64,000 nt of DNA from Octopus sinensis (lineage: Eukaryota). Below the pieces are notes generated by a model that was not told the origin of the DNA, made no database searches, and saw only the letters and a program-made list of their open reading frames with translations. Where the stretch lies: assembly GCF_006345805.1 (NCBI RefSeq), contig NC_043012.1, positions 5,828,001 to 5,892,000 on the forward strand. The letters are read 5' to 3'. Below are positions 1 to 10,387 of this stretch, in pieces (within the stretch, counting starts at the first letter, position 1; every line of letters starts with the position of its first letter). The position numbers were made by a program, and so were the translations under genes.

Positions 1-74
1 TGCTTGTATGTTCCTTTCTTCCTTTTTTTTTTTAATTTGAATTCCCTAATGAACTGCAAAAAACACTTCATTAC

Positions 75-202
75 ATTGTAGGTTAACAACTTCTTTATAA
101 TCCAGCTTCCGTCTCCTGGGAGTTGCTGGGTTCTAGCCATGGGTTTCATTTCCTTCTCAACTGTATCGTGTTTACAAGTTTTAAATCCCTTACAGAGAAT
201 GA
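75..202 (-). CDS. Candidate internal exon of an unidentified minus-strand gene (xILCKGFKTCKHDTVEKEMKPMARTQQLPGDGSWIIKKLLTYN)
   Basis: Pyrimidine-rich acceptor ttcctttttgagtttttgttttcag and donor aat|gtaatg. Open frame of 128 nt; the phase-1 start matches the phase-1 end of the 566-713 candidate exon. No homology recognised. Confidence 0.4.
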
Positions 203-244
203 CTGAAAACAAAAACTCAAAAAGGAATGTGTGTGTGTGGTGTG

Positions 245-275
<31 letters not shown>

Positions 276-565
276 TGTGTGTGTGTGTGTACATGCTGAA
301 GGTACAGGCATGTCTTCGTGGTTAAGAAACTTGCTCTGCAACCACTTGGTTTGGGGTTCAGTCACACTGGCCCAAGGTTCCATGCCATATGACTGAAACA
401 TAGAGGTAAGTGTTGCTGAGTGAGCTTCTTAACCACACATCCAAATTTCCGTGAAAATGGTGTCATTTTAAAAGACACTGGTTTTTGCAATAATTTGGCA
501 CTTTGTACAACTTCCTACTGCAGTAAGTAACCCGCGGGGTTGGGATTTCTTTCTTCTGTCCTTAC

Positions 566-713
566 CCTCTTCATCAGTGGCCCTGAAAAGGTCATGAATT
601 CTACTCTTTCTTCTCTGATCTAAATTGTATCTTCTAAAGTTGGCATCAAGATGTCTAGAAGCGCCCATGATGTGTTGAGTACAAGAATGTTTACATTTGT
701 GATAAAATATCTT
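566..713 (-). CDS. Candidate exon (KIFYHKCKHSCTQHIMGASRHLDANFRRYNLDQRRKSRIHDLFRATDEE-); could instead start at the ATG at 668
   Basis: Non-repetitive open frame and strong donor gag g|gtaagg. Possible acceptor ctctttcaaccttcaag or ATG in acatcATGG context. Forms a 363-nt GT..AG intron with the 75-202 exon. Confidence 0.4.
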
Positions 714-806
714 CTTGAAGGTTGAAAGAGCAGCACTCTTTTTTTTTAAGCAGGGTCAGAGCTTTCCAAGGTAGAATTACGACCTACTTAAACAGGTTTA
801 ATAAAA

Positions 807-1200
807 CTTTGTGAAGCAGAACTTATAAGTTTGTGGAGCTGGATTTATACCCTTGTAAAGCAGTGTTACAACTTTGTGAAGCAAGAGTTACCCATTTGTG
901 AAGAAAGGGTCGCCCATTTGTGAAGCAGTAGTTGCCTGTTTATGAAGCTGGGGTTACATCTTTTAGAAGTAAAAGTTACACTTTTGTGAAGCAGGGATTT
1001 CAACTTTGTGAAGCTGGAATTTCACCTTTGTGAAGCAGGAATTATAACTTTCCGAAGGGAGGGGTTATACATTTGTGAAGCTTGTATTTTGCCTTTGCGA
1101 AGCAGGGGTTATAACTTTCTGAAATAAGGGTTGATACCTTTTGTGAATCAGGTATTATAAGTTTCAGCTTTCTGAAGAAAGGGGTTATGGCTTTTGAAAG
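807..1200. repeat. Degenerate 22-bp minisatellite, about 17-18 units, consensus TTTGTGAAGCAGGGGTTATAAC
   Basis: The core tttgtgaagc recurs every 21-23 bp (e.g. about 809, 831, 874, 896, 918, 1005, 1027) with a variable remainder. Confidence 0.9.
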
Positions 1201-2004
1201 AAAGAGAAAAATAATTGACAGAGCAAAACTTCCCTTGGCACATTGACTGAGTGTTTGAGGTCAGTAGTCCAACACTTTGAAACTTGCTCAGTTACCATTC
1301 TCCTGTATTCAAACACATACACACACACATACACACGTGCACCCAACCTCTTGTGATATAAACCGGGCTAATGAGATACTCTCACTCCTGTCCAAGCCCC
1401 ACACCTCTCTAAAACTACAAACCAGCTAATTTGGGGACTCATTATACCAAACTATACAACTCACTCTTATCTACCGCTTTGCCTACTCAGAGTACACCCA
1501 CTTATTACAGTTGTGATAATTGTATCAGTTGTTGTTGCCGATGATGTGATCCTCTCCTCCCATTCATGTTGTTTTTGTTATTAATGACATTAGCTTGGTA
1601 CATTGCTATGTGTGTTTATATTTAAGTTTTTTATTGTGTTAATTGCTGCCGACGTTGTTTTTGTTCCGTTGTAGCCTTGTGCCAATTGTTATTATAATTA
1701 CTGTAGTCACTTCTTTCAACTGGGACAATTAGTTGAGGAAGCTCAGGTCATTATTCTCCTAACAAGGTTACTAAGCCCTACCTCTAATGAAGTACTTTCC
1801 TAAAGGAAATGGTGAGGAAACATCTGATCATTTCTTTTGGCTTCTCTGTGTTCTACATGTTATGTTTTAGTGCAGGGTGGAAGCAATTCAATTGGTTGGT
1901 TTGGGGTGAAGTTAAGTAAAAAAACAACAAAATGCAATGTGGTGCAGTAGCTATGGCCATTAAAAGTACAACTACAGGTTCAAACTTTATCAGTTTCCAA
2001 GAAA

Positions 2005-2400
2005 CTCATCATCATCATCATTATTTAATGCCTGTTTTCCATGCTGGCATGGGTTGGATTGTTTGATAGGAGCTAGCAAGGCCAGGGGCTACACTAGGTT
2101 CTATGGTTTTGGCTTGGTTTCTACAGCTGAATGCCCTTCCTATTACCAACCACTTTACAGAATGTACTGGGTGCTTTTTATGTGGCACCATCACCAGCAC
2201 TTTTTATACGACACCATCATCAGTGCTTTTTACGTGGCACCTTTATCAGCACCTTTTATGTGATACCATCACCAGCGCTCTCTATGTGACACCATCACCA
2301 GAACTTTATGTGACACCATCACTAGTGCTTTTTATGTGACACCATCACCAGTGCTTTCTTGTGGCACCATCACCAGTGCTTTTTTGTGTGGCACTGTGGC
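2005..2400 (-). mobile_element. RTE-LINE 3'-end fragment with an internal ~26-bp unit expanded about 9-fold (2170-2397)
   Basis: catcatcatc..ttttccatgctggcatgggttgga..gatgcccttcct matches the reverse of the LINE 3' end at 46640-46844; gtgctttttatgtggcaccatcacca is tandemly repeated. Confidence 0.8.
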
Positions 2401-2553
2401 TTTAGGATATCAATTCTGTTGCGGTGAATGTCTTCTTGAGAACGGCGATGCACTACATATCTTGGTCCATTGTCATCTTTTTAAGGCTCAGCGTTTTGAG
2501 ATAAGCCTTCAACTCAGTCTTGTAATTTATGAAACCATTTCAAATATCTTTAT

Positions 2554-2751
2554 CTCTTTTGATACCAACTTACCTGTGACACCATACCAATACATGCATG
2601 CACTTAGTTTTATGATACAAACTTTCATGTTAATTCATGGTGTTTCAGTCACCATCAATCACGACAAAATTATTTAACTAAATATTCCATTATTTTCAAA
2701 ATTAATTGAAACAAAGCATTGAAGTTTAATAGAAATATGTTAACAAAAAGG
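2554..2751. mobile_element. piggyBac-like MITE (decayed)
   Basis: Ends ttat|ctcttttgatacc and taacaaaaagg|ttaa; same terminal motif as 42049-42225. Confidence 0.5.
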
Positions 2752-3912
2752 TTAAAGTCTGAGACACACCATTCTTTTCATAGATCAGCATGGAAAAACT
2801 GTAGATTTGTATGGGTGGGACAGAGGGAGGTTCACAGTCAACTGGATCAATTTCAATATATGGGCGATAGTTTTTTCATTCCCTCCCTAAAGACAAACAA
2901 ATAAAAAACTAATTGGTTCTGTTAGAATTCAAACTAAAGCCACAAAGGTGAACAGTAACTAAATATAGGTGGCCTGCATATGTAAAAAAAAATATTTTCC
3001 CATGGTTCCAGGCTTCATTTAACTTCTATGTAACATGGAAGTTCGTGGAAAAATAGGTTTCACATCATGGAATTCCTTGTTACAACAATACTTTTGTAAC
3101 TGAAGTGATGCCTATACCATGACATATTTAATCCAGAATTACTGCTTTGACTACTCAGTAGTTTTTGTTGTAGTAGTAGTAGTAGTGGTGGTGGTGCTGG
3201 TGCTGGTGCTTGTAGTAGTAGTCCTTTCTATTATAGGCACATGGTTTGAAATTTTGGCATAGACATTCCAGCCATGAACCACCCCATTTTTTTAAAACCA
3301 TTGTGCAGGAGACCCAAGACCACATTGTCCAATGCATCCTCTCCTTCCAAGACAGTAGAAGGGAAGTAGATTTGTGGAAGGTTTCACTTCTATTTCTAGT
3401 AGGGTTGAACAACTATCATAAGTAGAAGCTTCCATTGTGGTTGTAGTGGTGAATGATGATGTTGATGATGATAGTTGTTGTAAAGGGTGGTGATGATAGT
3501 AGTAGTAGTGTTCCTTACTATTATAGGCACATGGCTTGAAGTTTTGGCTTGTCAATTATACTGAATCCCCCTCCCCTCAAGTGCTTGACTGGTACTTAAT
3601 TTATTAACCCCAAAAGGGTGAAAGGTAAAGTCAACCTGGATAGAATTTGAACACAGAATGTAAAGCCAAAGAAAATGCTGCTAAGCATTTTGCCAAATGT
3701 GTTAATGATCCTAACCCTTTCTAATGTAGGCACAAGGCCAGGGATTAGGTGATTGCATTGACACCAATACTTGACTGGTACTTTGTTTTACCAACCCCAA
3801 GAGGGCGAAGCGCAAATTCAACTGCATTGAAATCTGAATTCAGAACATGAAGTTGGAAGAAATGTTGCTCAGCATTTGTCTGGCATGCTGATGATTCTGC
3901 CAGCTCACTGCG

Positions 3913-3952
<40 letters not shown>

Positions 3953-4378
3953 TCTTTTCTACTGTAGGCACAAGGCCTGAAATTTTGGGGAAGGGTTGAG
4001 GATTTTGACCCCAGTGTTCAACTTGTACTTATTTTATCAACACCGGTTTTCAAGTGGTCATGGTGAGGACAGACCAACACACACACACACACACGACAGG
4101 CTTCTTTCACTTTCTGTCTACCAGATCCACTCAGAAGGCTTTTGTTGGCCTGAGGCTATAGTAGAAGACACTTGCCCAAAGTGCCACATGGTGGGACTGA
4201 ACCGGGAACCATGTGGTTGAGAAGCAAGCGTCTTACCACACAGCCATGATGCCATATATATATATTATGATGATAATCTTCATTTAATGCCCATGTTCCA
4301 TACTGGCATGGGTTGGGCAGTTTGACAAAGATCCAAGGAGTCAAGGACTGCATCATACTCCAGCGTCTGCTTGGGAAT

Positions 4379-4417
<39 letters not shown>

Positions 4418-4681
4418 ATATATATATGTATATATATATATAGTGTGTGTGTTTATTTGGCAAAAAGAAAAAAAAGAAAAAAAAGAAAATGACCAGGAGT
4501 TTCTGTGTGGTAAGTAGCTTGCTTACCAACCACATGGTCCTGTGTTCAGTTCTACTGCATGGCACCTTGGGCAAGTGTCTTCTACTATAGCCTTGGGCCG
4601 ACCAAAGCCTTGTGAGTGGATTTGGTAGGCGGAAACTGAAAGAACCTGTTGTATATGTATGTAATATATATATATATATAT

Positions 4682-4898
4682 AAATAACGGGAAGCTTTAT
4701 GAAAATAAACAAAAGACGAAGGCAGGTGGAAAACAAACGAACAATTGTATTAGTATGGCGCTCAGGAAATATAAATAAAACAAGTCTTTAACGTTTCGAG
4801 CCTACGCTCTTCAACAGAAAGATACACAGAGAGAGAAAAACACAGAAAGAAGGAGAGAAAAAAAATGCGTGCAGTAGCTAACGAATCAACATGGCGAT
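4682..4898 (-). mobile_element. Penelope-like element LTR fragment carrying a hammerhead-like motif
   Basis: CpG-retaining insert within a (TA)n tract. The minus strand reads tcttt-ctgttga-a-gagc-gtag-gctc-gaaacgt-t-aaaga, the layout typical of PLE LTRs. Confidence 0.5.
4784..4822 (-). ncRNA. Minimal type I hammerhead-ribozyme-like motif with non-canonical core CUGUUGA
   Basis: Stem I UCUUU/AAAGA, stem II GAGC-GUAG-GCUC, GAAA, palindromic stem III ACGU, putative cleavage triplet GUU. Confidence 0.4.
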
Positions 4899-4939
4899 CT
4901 ATATATATATATATGTGCGTATATATATATATATATATG

Positions 4940-4982
<43 letters not shown>

Positions 4983-6196
4983 GTATATGTTTGTATGTCT
5001 GTGTTTGTTCCCCCACCATCGCTTGACAGTCGACGTTGGTGTGTTTATGTCCCCGCAACTTAGTGGTTCACCAGAAAGAGACCAACAGAATAAGTACCAA
5101 GCTTGCAAAGAATAATCTCTGGGGTTGATTTGCTTGACTAAAGACGGTGCTCCAGCATGGCCACAGTCAAATGACTGAAATAAGTAAAAGAAATGAATTG
5201 GAAAATCCTGAAATACAATAGTATCCGTTTCAACACATGATTTCACATGAGTCAGACATATTTTCATAGAAGATTGGAGTTGGACACCGCTTGTATGATG
5301 GTGATGTTTGTTTACAACTGTCACATGATGTCAAGACAAGAAGGACACTTGATACAGTCTGTCTGTCTCTCTCTTTCTCACACACAAACACACACACACT
5401 GGAGCCTTTTTTTTTCAGTTTCTGTATACCAAATCCACTTACAAGTCTTTTGGTTGGCCCAGAGCTATAGTAGAAGACATCAGCACAATATGCTACACAG
5501 CGGGACAGAAATCAAAACCATGTGGTTGGGGAGCAAACTTCTGAACCACACAGTTACGCCTCCATCTATATATAACATATACGCATAAATAGATTACACA
5601 CACACACACACACATAATCTATTTCCCCAGTTACAGCTGACTGTAATCATCTAAGTCTAAATAAATCAACAACAATAATTTATGTTGCCCTTGACAATAA
5701 AGACACCACTTCTTTAAGTAGGAGGTGGTATATATATATATATATATAACTATCTGCTTTTTAAACCGCTGAGGCAATGGAAGTGGGACATAAACCCCTG
5801 TAAGAAATAGAGAAGAAACAACAACCCTGAACAAAAAAAAATACACTTTATGATTGACCTGTTTGACCTAACAGTCAAATCTCCCACAAATCATATGCTA
5901 TGTTTCAAGGAAAATAAAAAAGAAGGGACATATCTTTTATCTGTTAATTGTTTCAGTCTTTGGATTGCGGTCATGCTGGAGCACGGTTTTGAAGAGTTTA
6001 ATCCAAGGACTTAATCTTGTAAGCCCTCTGGTTCTTGTTCTGTCAGTCTCTTTTATTGAACCTCAAAGTTACAGGAATGTATAAACAAGCATGGGTGGGT
6101 GGCCAAACACAAAAGACACACACAAAGATATATCTATATATATCATCATCATCATCATCATCATCGTTTATTTATATATATATATATATATATATA

Positions 6197-6604
6197 GGCG
6201 CAGGAGTGGCTGTGTGGTAAGTAGCTTGCTAACCAACCACATGGTTCCAGGTTCAGTCCCACTGCGTGGCATCTTGGGCAAGTGTCTTCTGCTATAGCCC
6301 CGGGCCGACCAATGCCTTGTGAGTGGATTTGGTAGACGGAAACTGAAAGAAGCCTGTCATATATATGTATATATATATATATATGTGTGTGTTTGTGTGT
6401 CTGTGTTTGTCCCCTTAGCATTGCTTGACAACCGATGCTGGTGCGTTTACGTCCCTGTCACTTAGCGGTTCGGCAAAAGAGACCGACAGAAAAAGTACTG
6501 GGCTTACAAAGAATAAGTCCCGGGGTCGATTTGCTTGACTAAAGGCGGTGCTCCAGCATGGCCGCGGTCAAATGACTGAAACAAGTAAAAGAGAGAAAGA
6601 GAAT
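6197..6604 (+). mobile_element. Octopus tRNA-derived SINE family A, full-length well-preserved copy
   Basis: A-box-like tggctgtgtggta, B-box-like ggttcagtccc, body ccttgggcaagtgtcttct..gaaactgaaagaagcc, internal (TA)n/(TG)n, tail gactgaaacaagtaaaagag. More than 20 related copies in the window. Confidence 0.9.
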
Positions 6605-6726
6605 ATGGGTACAGGATGTCACCAACTGTAAACAACATGAAGTACAAAAAGAAACATGTTAAATATGCAAACAATGAAAGAAAAAAAAATGGAAAACAGG
6701 ACAAGTAACACAAAGAACAACTCCTC

Positions 6727-6935
6727 GGCGAGCTGACAGATACGTTAGTGCACAGGGCGAAATGCTTAGCGGTCTTTCGTCTGTCGTTACGTACTGAGTT
6801 CAAATTCCGCCGAGGTCGACTTTGCCGATAAATAAAAGTACCAGTTTCGCACTGGGGTCGATGTAATCGACTTAATCCCTTTGTCTGTCCTTGTTTGTCC
6901 CCTCTATGTTTAGCCCCTTGTGGGCAATAAAGAGA
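6727..6935 (+). mobile_element. tRNA-derived SINE family B (ggcgagctggcaga..gagttcaaattccgccgaggtcgactttgcc..)
   Basis: A/B-box-like head; near-identical reverse copies at 59810-60040 and 63380-63505. Confidence 0.85.
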
Positions 6936-7444
6936 TATATATGTATGAAGGACATCTTTCTATTTCCACCTATCAAATCCACTCACGTGGCTTCAGTTGG
7001 CCTGGGGCTGTAGTAAAAACATTAAATGTTCCACACTATGGGATTGAACTCCAAGACCACATGGATGAGATGCAAGCTGCTTAACCATACAACTGCGCCT
7101 GAAACTACATGTGTATGTGTGTGTGACAAATCCATCTTGATGTAATTGTTAGTTAATATTTAACCCAATTAATCCTGTAATCTCTACATTCCTAATGAAC
7201 TGATGTGACTAACAAACTAAAACCTTGATTTAGAACCACTTATTTATTATGACCTTTATTAATTTCTTTACCATATAATTAAACAAAAAGGACAGTAAAA
7301 ACAATTGAAACAAGGTTACGACCCATACCAAACTTTGTAAGTACCCTACCACAACTGGGATTACAACTGGGGATAAGGGCAAAATAGTGAAGAGTATAAA
7401 AGAACAAACAAAGGAAAGGGTATGTACAATATATTGAGGTATAT

Positions 7445-8085
7445 TGTGTGGTCAAGGAGTTGCTTTGCAACCAGGGCTGTGGAGTCAAAACAAAAAAGCT
7501 TTGACTCTGACTCCTCTACCATTGGCACCTCCGACTCTGACTTCTCTTTATGCAATTAAGTGATTGTGGTCTAGATATCTCATAAAACTTATGCATACGC
7601 TTGTACTTTGAGTAGGCCTATATGTTATAACTGGTTTATATTAAAGAATAAAGATATTGGGAGTCGGAGTCGGTGTAGTTTTACCGACTCTGACTCCGAC
7701 TCTGACTCCGACTCCACAGCCCTGTTTGCAACCTTCTGGTTTTGGGCTCAGTTCCACTGCATGACACCTTAGGCAAGTGTCTTTAACTGTAGCCCATGAC
7801 AACCAATGCCTTGTGAGTTAATTTAGTTGACAGAAACTGTGTGGAAGTCCATTGTGTGTGTGTATGAAGGTATATGTGTTTGGGTCTGTCTTTGCCCCTC
7901 CCCTCCCCTTGTTTGACAACAGGTGATGGTTTGGTTGCATCCTCACAACCTAGCAGTTTGGTAAAAGTGATCAACGGAATATGTACTTCTTTAAAAACTA
8001 AATAAGTCCTGGGGTCAATTCGTTTGTCCAAACCCTTCAAGGCAGTGAGTGGCTCCAGCAAGGCCATGGTCTGAAACCAGTAAAA
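7445..8085 (+). mobile_element. SINE family A copy interrupted in its tRNA head by a hAT MITE
   Basis: The head sequence resumes after the duplicated tttgcaac. Confidence 0.75.
7472..7724. mobile_element. hAT-superfamily MITE, 253 bp
   Basis: TIRs cagggctgtggagtc / gactccacagccctg, subterminal gagtcg repeats and a perfect 8-bp TSD tttgcaac (7464-7471 and 7725-7732). Confidence 0.92.
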
Positions 8086-8269
8086 GATGAAAGTTATAAA
8101 CGTTTACAAGTAAATCCAAAGAAATTCCAGGATGTTAATTTCTTACAAGGAGTGACCGATCCACCATATCAAACCAAAGCCTTGGTATTGGCCTCTCTAT
8201 TTCTTCTTTCGGTGTTGGGTTTTCGACTCCTTGTGGCAAGTCAGCTTCATTCTTATATTCTTTTACATC

Positions 8270-8640
8270 TTTCAGTCATTTGAGTGAGGGCCATGCTGCA
8301 GCATCGCCTTTAATCAAACAAACTGATCCCAGGACTTATTCTTTGTAAGCCTAGTACTTATTGTATAGGGCTCTTTTGCCGAACCACTAAGTTTTGGGGA
8401 CATAAGCACACCAACATCGGTTGTCAAGTGATGGAGGGTGTACAGACACACACATAAATATACATATATGTATATATGATGAGCTTCTTTCAGTTTCCGT
8501 CTACCAAATCCATTCACAAGGCTTTGGTCAGCCAGAGGTTATAGTAGAAGATACTTACCTACGGTGCCACGCTGTGGGACTGAACCCAGAACCATGTGGT
8601 TGGGAAGCAAGCTTCTTACCACACAGCCACACTTCTGCCT
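8270..8640 (-). mobile_element. SINE family A
   Basis: Reverse complement of the 6197-6604 consensus. Confidence 0.85.
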
Positions 8641-8959
8641 GTGTAGCAACGCCTGAAAAATAATTTTTTTTTTTCTCCTCTGATCGTTTATAGATTCAGT
8701 TGTTTGAGATTCTAGAGCAGACAATGGACATCCTTTTTCGAGAAGTAGGTCACTTGATACAGCTCATCATCTCACTTCACATACTACTAAAAAAAAAAAA
8801 CTCCTGGTAATCTTTCATTAGTGACGCTACTCAGAAAGTTCTGGGGCTGTGGTTATTCCTCATGACTGTTCTGGATCTTACCCTCCCCTCGCACAAATTG
8901 GATTTCCCAGTAATTTTAGCGTCGTAGATAATTACAACAGGGTTGAATTAACAGCGATT

Positions 8960-9405
8960 ATCTTTTTTTTTACTTGTTTCAGTCATTTGATTGTGGCCAT
9001 GCTTGGGCATTGCCTTGAAGCGTTTAAGTCAGACAAATTGACTCGAGTACCTTTTTCATTTTTTTTCCTACTTTTTGTCCTTATTCTGTTGGTCTCTTTT
9101 TGCCAAGTTGCGGGAACGTAAACAAACCAACACTGGTTATTAAGTGGTGGTGGGAGATAAACACAAGGACACATACACGCAGACATACACACATGCAGAC
9201 GCACACACAGACATGCGCGCGCACACACACACACACATTTTATACATGCAATGGTCTTCATTCAGTTTCCACCTACTAACTTCACTCACAAGATTTTGAT
9301 CCATCCAAGGTTACAGTAGAAGACACTTGCCAAAGGTGCCATGTCATGGGACTGAACCTGGAACCATATGGCTGGGAAGCAAACTGCAAGCCACACAACC
9401 ATATC
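8960..9405 (-). mobile_element. SINE family A (older copy)
   Basis: Reverse complement of the consensus, with internal (CA)n. Confidence 0.8.
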
Positions 9406-9547
9406 TACCCCTGATTAGGCGGGGAACAAATATTACGGTTCAGCTAACAAACATCCTTGTCTAGCCTAGCAAGCAAGAGAGACAACTCTGCAGAGTTTCT
9501 CTCTTCCAGTCTACCTTCAGTGGAATTATAATCTTTGCCATTGCCTA

Positions 9548-10229
9548 CTGGCCCTTTAATACTAACCAGCTTTTACTATCTATATAAGAAATATTACTGG
9601 CCCTGTAATACTAACCAGCTTTTACTATCTATATAAGAAATATTACTGGCCCTGTAATACTAACCAGCTTTTACTATCTATATAAGAAATATTACTGGCC
9701 CTTTAATACTAACCAGCTTTTACTATCTATATAAGAAATATTTCTGGCCCTTTAATACTAACTCGCTTTTACTATATAAGAAACTAGCAGTATTGCCCGG
9801 CGTTGCTCGGGTTTGTAAGGGAAATAACTATATAAGCATTTTTAGAGATGTAAAGTATAATAGCCATCTCAATACGGCTAACCACAAAGGGGTGGGGGGG
9901 TACTGTAGCTTTTTACGTTTTGAGATTTAATGATAAATTTTTAGAGAGTTACTTCCCTTATATATGCCAAAAATGCATTAAAAATGGGAAAAATTGATGG
10001 TAAATTTTTTTTTAATCGTAGACTCATCGTAGACGCACGCTAATACCCAGAAGGGCTCGATATGAATCACGACTATAAGATACCCGGTTTTGGTTACACT
10101 GCACCGCAAAATGTGGGAGTAGTTAGGAATCTAAATCGTAGGAGACAGACACACAACCTTACTTTTATATATAAAGATATTACTGGCCCTGTAATACTAA
10201 CCAGCTTTTACTATATATAAGAAATATTT
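9548..10229. repeat. 49-bp tandem repeat (about 6 units) interrupted by a Helitron
   Basis: The unit ctggccctgtaatactaaccagcttttactatctatataagaaatatta starts at 9548, 9597, 9646, 9695 and 9744 and resumes at 10178. Confidence 0.92.
9784..10177 (-). mobile_element. Non-autonomous Helitron, 394 bp
   Basis: The minus strand starts TC (tctttatatataaaag) and ends CTAG, preceded by the hairpin cccgagcaacgccggg. Inserted between A and T with no TSD. Confidence 0.9.
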
Positions 10230-10349
10230 GTAAAAAGCATTGATTGGTGCTAGCATATGAAACTAATTGATTATTTATGGCATATTTATTTAATAAAAAG
10301 CTGATGCTGGTACTTGCAGCAGCGGTAAGATATGTTGTGATTGATCTTG

Positions 10350-10387
<38 letters not shown>

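Larger units (their letters stand above)
4503..5190 (+). mobile_element. tRNA-derived SINE family A, split by an insertion at about 4682-4898
   Basis: Head gtgtggtaagtagcttgcttacc..gaaactgaaagaac at 4503-4645 and tail tgtttgttcccc..gactgaaataagtaaaaga at 4990-5190. Confidence 0.85.

Noticed and set aside
807-1200. CRISPR-like repeat-spacer appearance of the 22-bp array
   Set aside because: The constant part is only about 10 nt, the spacers are about 12 nt and related to each other, there are no cas genes, and the context is eukaryotic.
6197-6275. tRNA-like heads with A and B boxes (also at 6727, 25816, 29533 and elsewhere)
   Set aside because: They continue into SINE bodies and do not close a cloverleaf; not tRNA genes.
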